Shown: positions 1 through 13,275, counted from the whole stretch's first letter. The stretch is DNA of 58,044 nt, filler included, from Sphacelaria rigidula (GCA_964200075.2; 9 parts of 9 records of this genome joined end to end with filler, not necessarily neighbours in it), one strand, 5' to 3'. Notes: a model not told the origin generated them from the letters alone. Program-made: numbers and translations.

Positions 1-1119
1 AGGGGGGCGAAGGGGGGGGGGAAGGGAGGGGGGGACGTACTCACGTCGTTCCTACTACTAATACAGACAACTCCAGCAGAGTGGTTATACGGTAGCTAGG
101 GGTGCACAACGTATTCTGAGGTTCTGCACTTTGGGAGCCTCCCGACGGCGAACATCTGGACCTTAGTGTGCAGTCAGGGACCAAAAACCGACCAGTGGAC
201 AATGACGGACCGGCCATTAGTAGCACAAAATTTGTGCAAGAGCAACTAGCCCGACAATTCAGGTTCCGAACCGAGTTTGGGGGTGAATAAATTTCTGGAA
301 ATATTTACATGCTCAGGGACCCAAAATCGGATCCCTGTATAGTGACAGACTCAACAATCAACAAAGAAACAGTGCAAAGCTGGATAGGATGACAACACAC
401 ACTTTCGAACAGCGATATGCATATGCACGTGCTCAGGGGAGGGGACTCGAAGCTCTGGTCGAGATCCTACGCTTGACTTTTCGAACTAATAACCCTAACC
501 CTAACCCCGGTGCAAGGCGTACGAGACCCTCGGTATATCTGCTTATACAACAGTTTGATATTATCGGAGGCTGGAAGGAGATGTTCAAGGGCAGGTCGAG
601 TAGAGTATACTCAATTGCGGGGTATTTTGAAAGACGTACTCGGGGTACTCAAATTAGGGTAGAGTGTTGGGAATCGTACCAGAAAACGACCTACCCTTGG
701 AGATGTTCTGCGATGCACGTACTCTGTGCTGTGTGTGCTGTGTCCAACTAGTGCACCAAGTTTTCTCGCCCAGGATGTATAATCTACGACCCGCTGCATG
801 GCATTCAACAAACGAAGCCGACACATCTGACCCGATACTTCTTTTGTTGGGGGTACCATCGACAGCCCAAGGGGATATCCACATTCAACAATATTTTCGT
901 GAGATTGAGAGCCTAGAGTTGATTGAGAGTGATTTTCATTACGTATTCGCTCTAACTTCACCAATCCTTCATTTCGTGTGTGCTTTTCCCTGCCTGTAAC
1001 ACTGTGTACTATCGTGTGCTTACAGCAACACACGTCAATATTCTACTCAGACACACGGCGATAACCGATCGATGATCTTAGCGAAACGAAAAAATGAACG
1101 AAAAGATGAAAAAAAAAGT

Positions 1120-3301
1120 CAGGGGTCCACACGTTACACGTGACACAACGTTACACGTTACGTTTTGGCTGAAACGTAACGTGAACGAACGTTAAATTTT
1201 TTCATGTTTCCGAACAGCTGTGGTGGTCGTATATGAGGGTGCCTGGAGTTGTTTTGTTTTCGAGTCAAACCCTAACGTGGTGGCCATACTAATTTCCTTG
1301 TGTCACCTGTCTTTTCCTGTTTTTGTCCTTTATTATCTTCTCTCTTCCTTTTTTTCGGTGTACACTTTTGACAGGTCTGGCGTTTGTTATTTGTTTCTTT
1401 GTTTTTGTTTCTTCCCTTTCTCTCCCCGTTGAACTGGGGGGAGCTACTTCTCACCGGTTTTCGTGGCGTCTCTCTTTTTATTTATTTTTTATTTTGGTCA
1501 TGTGTCTGGTAAGGAATAGCAAGGACGATATTGGAAAGGCGACCCTACGTCTGTGACCACGGGTTTGCGAGATCGGACTAATGTGCGGAAAAAATACTAA
1601 TAATACTAATAATACTAATAATACTAATAATACTAATAATACTAATACTAATAATACTAATAACGTGCCAAACGAAACGTGAACGTAACGTGAACGTTGA
1701 ATTGTTCAAACGTTCAAAACACGTAATATATGATATGAAACGTTTCATGTAATGTGTGACGTCTATCACACGTTACACGTGCATTAGACGTTTCACGTTA
1801 CATGAAACGTCAACACGTGGCACGAAGCGGTGCACGCTTCAAGTTTGCAATAAATTTGAAAACCTAGGGGGCAAAGTCACCACTACTAGTACACAACGGT
1901 ACAAGTACAGGCCGTGTATTTTGCCAACAGTACCAGGTCATAAGTACAGGCTGAACAGTACTTGTGATCTTGTACTACTATACTTCCGATTACAGTCTAT
2001 ACTCTGCAAGTACAGTAGTAGTGCAAGGTTGCGAGCACAGGCTGTCCTCGCGAACACAGCTATACTGACAAGCACAGTATTGTAGTACAAGGTTACAAGT
2101 ACAGGCTGTACTTTGCAGAAACAACAGACATAATAGTAGTAGTACAAGCATACAAACACCCTGTACATTGCACAAACAATATAGTAGTACGGGATAGTCA
2201 ATCATTTGTTCGCGACAACGGGAGGTCGGCTTGCATTTGGCGGTGGTGATGTCGGTAATGTCTTCAGTTCCTCACCGCCTTGACAGTAAGGTCCAAGGCT
2301 ACATGCAGATGCACGTACATGATAGTGCATGCAGATAGGGAGGATATGACCTTTTGCCTGCACTACGGTACATATGCAGGCTCTACTTTGTTTGCAAACA
2401 CCATCAACCGTCTCAGATGAAGAAAAAAAAAGTGGGCTCCCGAATTGAAAAAAAACGACGTAAGATCGGTCATAATAAAAGGTGTGTCAAGGGTGTGAGT
2501 GGATTTTCCTTTCGCCTTACATGGGGGGATAATTTTTTTTTCGCTAGATACATGCATTGGTTGCCTGGACGGTGGTGTAAACCTGTCATACAGTACATAA
2601 ATATATGTATACATAAGTAAGCCTGCCTTTGACGGCCGTGATGAACTATCTTGTTTGTCCGTGTGTACATAATTATTTGTATAGAACCGAGGGTACCCGA
2701 TATAGTGTTGTGTGCGAAATGTCAGGACGACTCAAGTCGACCTTCAATCATGTCCACGAAATGTTGTGTGTACTGTAGTATGTGCTGTCGTGCGAATGAC
2801 CAAACATTTGAAATTTGAGACTTGGAAATTGAACATTGAAAACAGTAATATGAAAAGAAAAGAGGAGATATGAAAATATTACGGTCAGAAACGAATGATT
2901 ATGATACATTGTAGAGAAAGTGACATTACACGATCAGATAACGCGCCTACGCTCAAACAAACGACGGACCACCATCAGCGTCACGTCCGCGGTGACGTCA
3001 CGCGTTACACGACACGTTACAATGCCTCAAAGACTGATAAATGAGCCGGAAAACATAAAGCAACGTTACACTCGACCATTACACGTGTCCATGAAACCTT
3101 TCATATTACGTTAAAAGTAACGAAACGTAACGTCATTTTTTTTTAACGTGCCAAACGGAACGTGGACGTAACGTCAAATATTCCAAATGAAATGTTGAGG
3201 CTAATTTTTTTTTGAGGTGCAAAACGAAACGTAACGTGAACGATCATTTTACGAACGCAATATGAATGTGTGACGTGTAACGCGTAACGTGTAGACCCCT
3301 G
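1120..3301. mobile_element. Non-autonomous hAT-like DNA transposon (~2.2 kb)
   Basis: TIR CAGGGGTC(C/T)ACACGTTAC at both ends; dense ACGT subterminal motifs; imperfect 8-bp flanks AAAAAAGT/AAAAAATG; no transposase ORF. Confidence 0.8.
1218..1661 (+). mobile_element. 3' end of a non-LTR retroposon with (AATACTAAT)n tail, nested in the hAT-like element
   Basis: Pyrimidine-rich UTR-like body, then ...GGACTAATGTGCGGAAA and a microsatellite tail (1592-1661); the same terminus occurs reversed at 38604-38664; 5' boundary approximate. Confidence 0.65.
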
Positions 3302-3438
3302 AAAAAATGAAAAACAAGAAAACTCGGAAAAAAACAAAATGTATTCTAACTCGAAACACGGACAACAAGCGGGCATACCAGTACACACACAAACACGAAC
3401 CCAGACGAGCAAACAGACAGGACATACGACACACACAC

Positions 3439-4794
3439 CTCGAAATTGCCATCTTCGCAGTCGAACACAGTGGATAGGTTGATTGCCGTGTTCAGCGGCG
3501 ATACATTCAGCTCCTGAACAACCGCCGAATTATTCGCGTCGCAAGGCCAAGCTGCCGCCATCAACACCCCTCCTCTCCATCTTGGCGCCTCCCTCATCAG
3601 CAAACCCTCCCGACCCCCCCCCGATCCCCAACTCCACCTCCTCCATCTTTCCGCCGCCTTCACTATGTCGTCAAGCACGTGAGGCGCTACGAACATCCAG
3701 AAAAGGAGCAGCACGTACCAGGCAGTGGATAGCGTCGATGATAATGGGTATGCAATTCGACCACCAGGTGCTCGCCCCTTGCTGCTGTTGCTGCCACAGC
3801 AAGAGTCATTTTTCTTGCCTTTGTTGTCATCCTTGTCGTTGTTGCTTTTATTGTTGTTGTTGTTGTTGTTGTTATTGTTGTGGATGTCACAACGGCAGGA
3901 TGACGGGGATCGCCCCGGAGAACAACAACGATCGCAACGGTGGAGACCAACAACGCAGGCCGGCACCACCGCTAGCCGCGGTGTTGTCTCGCGGCCATGG
4001 CGAAGGCCCGTCATGCCTTCACAATCTTCTCGCCCGACGACACCCCGACCGCTCCTCCGTTCCAACCTGTCGCGGATGCCGCCGCTCCTGTCGCGGTGGT
4101 CGCTACGGAGGTGACGGCGGCAACGCTGTCGTTTTTGCGGCAAGACACGGAGATCCCTACCATCTCCACGATCCACTGTTCGGATACTTGTACCCTGAAG
4201 ACCTACATCTTCAAGACTCAGATCATTAATGCAATGATTTTGCATATCCGGATTTGGTGGTGGAGCGGCTGCTGCTGTTACTGCTGTCGCTGATGCTGTC
4301 GCTGCTACGGATGTCGCTGCCGCCGCCGCTGCCGGTGCTGCTGCTGCTGCAGCTGCGATAACTCTAGTCGGCGGCAAATCTACAACAACATTCGTCGGCA
4401 ACTCACAATCGACCGCACGACCATCTCCGTAACGGTCGTTATCGTAACCACCACACCCACCACCTCTACCCTCACCAACTTCGCTCCGTTCTGGAACATG
4501 CCCGACTGTCGCCGCTACTACCGCACTTTCTCTTTCGGTTACCGTTGTTCTTGCTGTTGCAATGGCGGCGGCTGCGCTCGTCCGCAGTACACCCATCTCT
4601 CCCTCTCTCCGCTTTCCCCTCCACGTTGTGCTGTCTCGACACCGACCCGACGTCTTGACACCCCACCCAGTATTGGATCCGGATATTTCGATCCGTCCGA
4701 TCCGCAAACGTTTTGTTCCGGGTCCGCTTTTCTCCCGCTCGCCTATACCGTCGCTCGCTCGGCGTCCACCGAGAAAACGAGTAGTAATCCACAC
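3439..4794 (-). CDS. Probable 5' exon of an adhesin-like/polymorphic-membrane-protein-like gene (partial)
   Basis: 482-codon ORF with poly-A/poly-N tracts and hydrophobic segment AWYVLLLFWMFVAPHVL. It ends PCDANNSAVVQELNVSPLNTAINLSTVFDCEDGNFE, resembling the N-terminal module of brown algal adhesin-like proteins. Donor GAG/GTGTGT at 3439/3438; first in-frame ATG at 4596. Confidence 0.55.
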
Positions 4795-5259
4795 CTATAG
4801 TTTCAGAAGGGGTGTAAAAAGATAGCGCGAAACCCAGAGGGTAGAGTAAGAAAGGAGATTCGCTAGGTGAGCGGAGTCGAAGGAGGGCGCGGGGGCGTAG
4901 AGCATACATTAACGTTTCTGAGATGCTGAATGTCGCCTGTCTGGTTCCCATGTGTGCGCTGTGCTACACTATTTTGACTGGCACTGTTGTACTATCTTAC
5001 AACCGCTGTACCAAGAATATTACTTCGAGTATGTACGTTTATACTCCGCGGCACAAACGCTATATTTTGCTGTGGTTTCAAAGTTGAACAGAAGTGATCG
5101 AAAAACAAAAACACACATCCATTTATGCTAAACAACCAAATCAACCGAATCAACCACGGGCTTTTCGTGCATCGCACAGGTCACAATAATGACACAGAAA
5201 AAGATCACGGTTCGGACGAATCAGAGTTCATACGGGTTGACTCCCCATGATTATTGAAT

Positions 5260-5745
5260 GCGAATCTTGTACCAAAGAGACATCCGGTATGTATCTCGGA
5301 TGGTAAGGCTGTATGTTCAAAGGTCATACCGCACGAATCACGAACTAGGAATGTGTACACTCCAAGTAGTATCAGACGAACAAAAGAGCTAAATATGTAC
5401 GAATCACACTCGAGTGGGAAACGTGTACACTTGATTCGTCTCGTATGAATCGAAAGCGGGGAACATGTACGTACGATTCGTGCTACATGAACGGAGATAA
5501 GGAAATGATGTACGCTTGATTCGCTTCGTATGGATGGAAGGTGGCGAACATGTACGTATGACTCATGATGCATGAACGGAAACTGGGGAACATGTGCGCG
5601 TGATCCACCTGGTATAAATGGAAGAGATGCATGTATGTCTGATAAATCTCGTATGAATGGTAGGGAACATGTATATGTGATTCATGCTCACGAACGCAAG
5701 TTGGAAAACACGTACCTGCCTTACGTGATCCATGGTGTATGGATC
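5260..5745. repeat. Degenerate minisatellite, ~40-43 bp unit
   Basis: Recurrent GGGAACATGTAC...GATTC...ATGAA(C/T)GG units. Confidence 0.7.
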
Positions 5746-6361
5746 ATAAGAAAACAAAAAGCAAGAAGAATTACTCTAGGCGCGCAGATGCATGCTGTGC
5801 CATGCTGTGCCATGCTGTACCGTACTGTCTGCGGACTGTAGCGCTGCTGGATTTTCCCCCCAAATTCCGGCGACCATGCGAGGACAACTCGTACAAATGC
5901 TGTGTTCTTCGCAAGTATTCACGGTTAGGACGAATCATGACGACTACGAGTCACCAAATCCACGATTTCTTCGGCCTGATTACCCAAAGGGAGAAAAAAA
6001 TTGACCGCCGGTCCAAGGGGTATCCACGCAACTTTTGCGCCATTCCACGTGTTGTCTGGGCTGCGTGTACCTGGGTTGCAACGCTGAAAACAAAGCCTGG
6101 GGATTGATTCGTACGATTCGAATTTATTACACTGAAACCAAGTAATTTCCAGACGAATCAGTATTTGTCCGACGCTCGCGAGTATTCGTGGTATTGTATA
6201 CAGTATGTTCCGGTCAACTGTACCACAGAACACCACATAAAACCACTAAGGCTATCAACAGCATGGCTCGGGGGGGGGGGGGGGGGGGGGGTCCCCCTAA
6301 TCATGCAACCCGAGACCCCCCCCCCTCCCAAAAAAGCCAGGAGGGAGCCCGCCCCCTTTTC

Positions 6362-6461
6362 NNNNNNNNNNNNNNNNNNNNNNNNNNNNNNNNNNNNNNN
6401 NNNNNTTAATTAATTAANNNNNNNNNNNNNNNNNNNNNNNNNNNNNNNNNNNNNNNNNNNN
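6362..6461. other. Artificial scaffold linker
   Basis: N44-TTAATTAATTAA-N44, 100 bp; stops in all six frames. Confidence 0.98.
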
Positions 6462-6690
6462 GCGTGAGAACGTGAGTAATCAAAGTAGTGGACTGGGTTG
6501 GTGTGACGTGAGTTAACGCGGTGCGGGAGTGCTGACCAAATCCGCGAGACCAAAATGAAAGACGCGTACGGGGGGAGGGATGGATTGATCCCTTAAGACC
6601 ACGGACTCATACCGAGGAAGGGGAGGGGTTCAACGTGTGAGAAAAAAAAAGTCCCGGAGAACCCCTGACCGGTTCTGAGCCTACAGTCGA
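6462..6690 (+). mobile_element. SINE body (family A), truncated at scaffold start
   Basis: Matches 26590-26790 and, reversed, 51960-52045. Confidence 0.7.
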
Positions 6691-8737
6691 TTGCGTGCGG
6701 AGTTAGTATGTGTGCTGTATGTCCTTGCTGGATACAAGGTCAAGAAACAGTCAGCGTGCCATCGCTCTCCACTGAACACAGTCTACTGCATGCTGCTGAT
6801 GTCTTTGCTCAGTGTTTCACAACAAAACTACGGACAGTGTGCAGCTACGCTGGCAACACATGAGGGGTCAGGCAGGCGGCACAGCCCACGCGCGGAGGAA
6901 GTAGAAAGCACGTTGTTCGTGCCCATGTTATCTATGATCGAATCGTCATGATCGAAACGAGAAGTACGGCTGGACAGCGAAGTAGTCTACCTGTAATCCA
7001 CCTGTAGTCCACCTGTAGGGGAACAAAGTGACCCGTTGATAGCCGTGATTGGTCGGAATGGTCACCCCGCTCCTCTCGGGCCTCGTTTGTGGCTTAAATT
7101 TTTCCGTGGGAAACTTCCAACACATGGTTGACTTGGTGAGTATTTCGGCTGTTCTGCGAACAGGCCTCCGCCCCCTGGAAAGTCCGGAATGTCCCTGGAC
7201 TGTCAGCCTGTGAAAAATATTTCGAGGCGACGCTCGCAGTCCAAGGGTTGATCACTGAACCAACATCGTCACCGCCAACCGCCAACGAACGAACGCGATA
7301 ATAATTACATGATGGTTTTTGTTGCTGACTCTGAGTGTGTGTGTGGTGAGAGCGAGGTAGGGATGGTTGAGAGGCGATCACACATACAAGCAAGCTAGCC
7401 AATGAGAGGGAACATATGTGTGTAGTCTGTACAGGTGTACAGTACAGCCTATACAGCAGATAACAGACAACAGTATTAGTGCAGGAGTATCGACAATTTT
7501 CGGAGGAAACGCTGTCAATTGGTTGGGCGCAAGTTCAGTGTTTCTTTTTTCGTTCGAGAAACAAGGGAAATGTTTTTGCCGAATCATTTTCGTCGCTGCG
7601 AGAATTTTGCGTAGCTTGATATCGACATGAACAAAGTCATGGAACAAGGTGATGGTGCCGTTCATGGCATCAAATGAAAGGTGGCGATTGTAGTTTTCAA
7701 ATGATCCAAGTTTCCCGGGGAGGAACACAACACGGCATGCCGCAAAAGGACCAAAGTAGGGCAGTCTTACGCCAAAAAGAAAAAAGCAAGTCAACTGCCA
7801 AGATTCCCGCATACAATAATCATACGCACCTCATGTATCTTTCGACGGTTTAACAGGGTTTAGGACAGTATTTTCAGTACAAATCAAGGGTTATTTTGCT
7901 TGTGGATTTCTCCGCCGTGTATGTTGTAACCAGCCTGAAACTTGGCACAGAGATAGACCACAACACAGACAGCATATTCCCGGGGGGGGCGGCACATTTT
8001 ACGGTGCGCTAGTAGCATGAAGCAAAATACGGGTTTGGGGCAATGCCATCGATACGCCCTCAAAGCGCAGTCCCCTCGGCCCAGACTGCGTGAGACGTCG
8101 GTGGATGCATATGTTGACACGCAGATACGCTCACTTCCTGCTGAGTGGCTCCTGCCCCAGCAAACGAACACATCGATCCGTATTGCGCACACTCTGGATG
8201 ATGTCATTCTACGCGGTACCTATCTTGGTATCGCCTGTAGAGGTGCTCAGTTCAGGAGACACGGCCGTGCAAGCGCTGTTAGTGCTTTTACGTGCTGAAA
8301 CTTCGACCACATGTCATGTAGAGTACAGACAACAATCTCATCTTGCTGAATCTGGGGTTGCGCGGTGTGTGCGTGCGTGTCGATTTTTTTTCTTTTCTTT
8401 TGGCGTAAGACTGAGGGACTTCAAAACATACTTCGTGTCACGGGAAATGAAAGTTAGATTCAATTATTGAGAACCACCTAGCAGAACCGGTTTCATGAGA
8501 AAGCTGAGAAGCCAGGGGTTTGCACCCACCAGTCAGATTTTGAGAGTCGAAGTAATCTATGATGGGTCGCCCATTTCAGTATCAGGACCCCCAACTTTTG
8601 GGTACCCAGCCGCGCCACGACTTCAGAAAATATGAGAAGGAGCAGGGGTTGCTATACCAAAGTCGATCCGCGATGCGCGCCGAAGCGTAGAAGGAATGCT
8701 GCCGGAAAGCTCGACATTGACGGCTTGGTTAATGAGA

Positions 8738-9170
8738 GCCATCGTTTGTGGGAAACCATCAAGCATTCAGCAAGTTGAGGTCAAATTTCCATTTTTTTCT
8801 GCCACGGCGCCGAGTCGTGGAAAGTGGCAGTAGTGTTGCAAAATGTGGCCAAGTTCGATGGAAAAAGCTATGTTTCCATCCTTGTGTTTCGGTGCACAAT
8901 CTTGCTGTCCGCGACGATGCTTGGAGTCATCGTCTGCGGGAAAAGTATTCAGCGAGTTGAGGTCAAACTTCCATTTTTTTCTGCCACGGCGTGGAAAGTG
9001 GCGGCAGTGTTGCAAAATGTTGTCAAACTCGATGGCAAAAGCTTTGATTCCACCCTCGTATCTTTTTTGCATAATCGCGCTGTCTGCGCGATTCCTTACA
9101 GTCATCGTTGGTGGGAAACCATCAAGTATGCAGCGTGTTGGGGTCAAACTTCCATATTTCTCTCTGCGCG
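8738..9170. repeat. ~180-bp tandem repeat, about 2.4 copies
   Basis: CATCGT..G.GGGAAA...GTTG.GGTCAAA.TTCCAT repeated near 8740, 8928 and 9103. Confidence 0.75.
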
Positions 9171-10299
9171 GGTGCCGAATGATGGCCAGCTGAAAGAACG
9201 GCGGAAAATTAGCCGAAATTTTTAATACATGTATATATTGTTATATTTTGCTTGTTTTTACTCCTATTATCCGTTCGCTTTGCTGGCGGCCATAGTTTGT
9301 CACAATTGACAGTGTGTTGAGGTAGATATGGCCGAGGAGTTGATAACAATGTGCCTCGGTAATATTGTACATGATGTATAATGCTCGTGCTCTTTTGTGC
9401 AGATCATCAGTAGTACATTAGAGGGACACTATTGTTGGGTGAATAGTCTGTACAGACAGCAGCAGCAGTATGTGCAGTCACATGTGGGTACCAACATACG
9501 AGAAGGGAAACTTCCCACAAGTGTCCGTCACGGAATCACTTTTTCATATTGGATACACCGTGAAGAAAAACGTACGCTGCAGGAGCAGAAGATCCCGCGT
9601 TCGAACCCAGGCTCCCACCAACTCGACAAAAAAGTTGAGGGGTCACGAAAGAGTCGTGAAAATGGTGAAACAGACAACTGGTGAGTGATTTCGAGGCAGG
9701 TTTCAGTCTCCCGGGAAAGTATTCTGTGCAGATCGCTGTTTGGCAACCCAACACACGTAGAAAATACGTAATGAAATGTCTACATCCTCATCGCTAGCCG
9801 GCGAAAACGCTTATCCCTACGAACCTCCTCTCGTTGAACGCTTATACCTCTCGCTGCATGACGAGCGTACTGTCGTCGTCTGAACCGGCCAACTGCACGT
9901 GTGTGTATGCCTTGCTGTGATCATGGTTCGCTGTCTACTGCTGTATGTGTGGGGCGTGGGCGTGTCCGTGGACTCCGTCGATCGTGCTGTAGTGTAGTGT
10001 GACCCACGAGAACGAATCCTTTCGGTCGCCGCAATCCGCAGGGAAATCGCTCAACAGCCTCGCCAAGCTCTGCTGCGTCCAGGAGAGGCAGTACAAGCGG
10101 ATGCGCCAGGAAGGATGCAAGGTTAACCGCTCGGATTTCGCAGCAGCGACGGCCCTTTCCGACCGAGAGCAAAGATCTTGGCGTCGGGATAAAACAGCCC
10201 AAAAGAGGGTCGCGTGAGAAAGATAGCCCTGGCGTTTCGCAGGATGGACAAGCAGGGGGTGCAGCGAGCAGAGCGGCGGCGACGGAGGATAGGCTCAAG

Positions 10300-10824
10300 G
10301 AAGGATACACCAGTAAACCCAAGCGGATGAGTTAGGTGTTGTGGGAGTGCAATTGTTGGGTCGGCTGAATGGGGACGAGAGAGAAACTCGAGTCGGAGAG
10401 AAACATGGCAACCGTCCTGGGCAAGTTGACAGACTTGAGAACGAGAGGGCGGCACTGTAGCACACGGTAGAGAGCCGGGGCACATTCTCGTGCTATCGCC
10501 CAAACCCCACCCTAAGGTCGCAGGGGTGGAGATGGAGTATTCCTGGGAGATGTCCAAGCAGAAGCTTCGGCAGGAGATCAATGACCACGTGCTGAAAAAA
10601 ACTGGTCGCCAACATCCTCAAGTCGCTGTCGCCCACAAACACTTCGACGGTGGGCCGAGGGGGACGCCTCGCGCGATGCACTCGACACTTCTGCCGGGAA
10701 CACCGTAAGATAGCGCAAATCAAGGGCGCAGGCGGTGACGTCCCCGAGGGACAGGTCGGAATCAAGGGCATGCGCGAGTAGCCATATACTGGATGAGGAG
10801 TCTGCCTTCATCGACTTGCAGTGA
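10300..10824 (+). pseudogene. IS630/Tc1-mariner-like DDE transposase, C-terminal relic
   Basis: Across stops and frameshifts: EGYTSKPKRMS*VLWEC (cf. G.PKG..QVLWERG), ENERAAL*HTVESRGHILVLSPKPHPKVAGVEMEYSWEMSK (cf. PK.HPE.AG..IEYSWG), ending ILDEESAFIDLQ*. Confidence 0.7.
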
Positions 10825-11611
10825 AGACGCGAGTGTGCAGTAGCGGTGGAGACGAGTCGGAGCCGCGCCATCGGGCGAGGGGTAAAAGGAAGGGCTCTGA
10901 GTGGTGTCGGCTCTGTGAATGGGTGCTCGAACTTACGTAGTAGTAGCACTCATAGAGTGGTCCATAGCAGTTCCACAGACTGTTGAAACGAGGAGTGATT
11001 TTCATTGTGTAACCGTACATGCTTGCCAGTGAGCGAATGGTCTAGTGTGTTGGCTTATATTATTCCAGGACTTTGTGGCGGACCTGAGTATGTGTACAGC
11101 AGTTCATACTACAGTGTGATGGGTATTGAATACTGTACCTGGTACGAGTAATGGTGTCGATCTGAATATAGTATTCGGTGACACCCCTCTTCGACTCAAT
11201 CATAGAGCGCATCCCGGATTTCCGCTTGCAGCTTACCGTCGCCTCCGAAGGAGAGATTATTGTAATTCACGACCTGATCAAAACCATTATTTCAGTTCCT
11301 GAAAATTGCCCTCTTCTCGTGAGCGTACTGAATCTAGATTTAGCACCTCAGTGTCGAGCGTTGTGCCTTGAAAATTCGTTTGTAGAATCGCAGCGGCATA
11401 ATAAAAAGGGTCAGGTTAAGACATCGAGATTTTTCCCCATGAGTGGAAGGGCATTTTATGAAGAAAAAGAGGAAGTCATAACTCGATGAAAAGAAAACTC
11501 TGGTTACTCACGTCAAGGGTTTTCACCGGTGTGTAGGAGGTCCGTATTGAATTTAGGCTCGAAACTCCTCAAAATGGGCAGGGCACCCCGCTTTGAGTGT
11601 GACACCACTGC

Positions 11612-11685
11612 ACCTCGTCGTCTAACTGGTATAAGAGAGGGTCCCTAAGGCAGGGAGGTGATGAGTTCGAATGCCGGCAGATACT
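11612..11685 (+). mobile_element. Degenerate tRNA-like SINE head
   Basis: A-box-like GTCTAACTGGTATAAG, B-box GAGTTCGAATGCC, followed by a T run; no intact cloverleaf. Confidence 0.45.
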
Positions 11686-12092
11686 CGTTTCTTTTTTCAG
11701 AATCGGATTCTGTCGTTGATGTTATGTATTATGCAGTACATGCTCTTCATTTTTTGAGCAGCAGCGCATGAATTAGCAGGTTGGTCTGCAGTTCACAGCG
11801 ATATACGTACATCAGATTAATTAGAGAAAAACTGGGAATATTATCGTGTGGCAAAGGAGGGCGGTTTTTTGGTTGGCCCAACTCGTACTCGGTCGTAAAC
11901 CTATGCAACTAGTTGCGTGCGAACATCTACCCCGTCAGAAATCGGTGCAAGTAGTGGCGCGCAGAGAAATACAGCACTCGGTCAGAATCTCATTCGTAAC
12001 TATTATTAGTTGCGTGTATACAATTCCTCACTTAGAATTCTATGCTACTAGTCGCTTGCGTGCGAAAAAATTACTCGGTCAGAAGTCAAAAC

Positions 12093-12346
12093 CAGGGAGG
12101 GATACGTGACACGTGACACAGCGTGACACGTGACGTGAACGTGACGTTTTGGGCGTCACGTCACGTTCATGTTGATTTTTTTCAACGTGATTAACGTCAC
12201 GTCCACGTCACGTTAAATTTCCAGAGAGCACGTTCACGTCACGTTACATTTTCCGAACGTGACACGCGTCACGTGTCACGTCACGTTAAATTTGACGAAC
12301 GTGATTCACGTCACGCTCACGTTCACGTGTCACGTATCCCTCCCTG
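12093..12346. mobile_element. hAT-type MITE, 254 bp
   Basis: Perfect 24-bp TIR CAGGGAGGGATACGTGACACGTGA; perfect 8-bp TSD GTCAAAAC (12085-12092, 12347-12354). Confidence 0.95.
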
Positions 12347-12723
12347 GTCAAAACCGTGTGCACAACTAGTTGCGTGGAAACAACCGCCACGCGATGAGAA
12401 ACCTACTAAACCAGAAAGAGATGGGAGAAGAAGAAACGGCCCGTCCTCATCATGTGTGACTGAGTCGACGCGGCAGATAGTGCGCCTTTGTGAGCGGGAG
12501 CAAACGATTTCATTCCGGGCGCAAGAAAATGAAACTTCTGAATAAAAAAGGTCGAGTTTCACACCCTGGACATATTGTTACAGAATGAAATCCAGTCTAT
12601 TGCAATAGATACAATAATGGTCGATTCTGTACGCAATGTACTCTATTGTCCAGGATGTGTAGGAGTTGTTCGTCCAAGTGATACCTCTCACGTGTTCGAG
12701 GCTATCGCCAGTTGTTCCCTGCA

Positions 12724-12822
12724 GTTGAAATCTTTCACAGGCACCGTAGGTAAGGTAGGTACCCGGTACCGGTATTTGGGACATCTCATACCTTACCTAC
12801 GGTGCCTGTGAAAGATTTCAAC
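12724..12822. repeat. Perfect 34-bp inverted repeat with 31-nt loop at scaffold end
   Basis: GTTGAAATCTTTCACAGGCACCGTAGGTAAGGTA (12724-12757) and its reverse complement (12789-12822). Confidence 0.9.
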
Positions 12823-12922
12823 NNNNNNNNNNNNNNNNNNNNNNNNNNNNNNNNNNNNNNNNNNNNTTAATTAATTAANNNNNNNNNNNNNNNNNNNNNN
12901 NNNNNNNNNNNNNNNNNNNNNN
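12823..12922. other. Artificial scaffold linker
   Basis: Same 100-bp linker. Confidence 0.98.
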
Positions 12923-13234
12923 CCATCTGCTTACCGATTCAGTTTTGTGACTGCCCAAAAACATGGGCTAAGCAAGGGTGCCCCCCCCCCCCCCCTACTT
13001 TTCATTCGCAAGTCGTGACGTGTTGTGATTTCCAATCGCACCGCGTCGGTTGATACCCTTCATGCTGTATACAGCAGGTGGCCCAATATAAAGTATGACG
13101 CGACAAATCCTACATTAGAAGATGTTTCGTTTGCAGGTACACCGTTTTTGTAACCATCAGGCTTTGGCTTGGGGGCAGCATTCGAATAAAGCATACTGCT
13201 TCATACGATTGTATGTTTTGGTCCTATCCCCCCC

Positions 13235-13275
<41 letters not shown>

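Noticed and set aside
41..226. Minus-strand ORF with a GTGAGT donor-like site as next exon of the adhesin-like gene
   Set aside because: The end resembles a deleted stub of the C-tract retroelement; the peptide does not fit the family
5260..5745. Regular repeats as a CRISPR array
   Set aside because: Degenerate tandem units without unique spacers; eukaryotic context; no cas genes
6406..6417. TTAATTAATTAA recurring every ~6460 bp
   Set aside because: Synthetic linker
9575..9621. tRNA-like 3' half (GTTCGAACC...ACCA), and the other A/B-box heads, as tRNA genes
   Set aside because: No complete cloverleaf; better explained as SINE-derived
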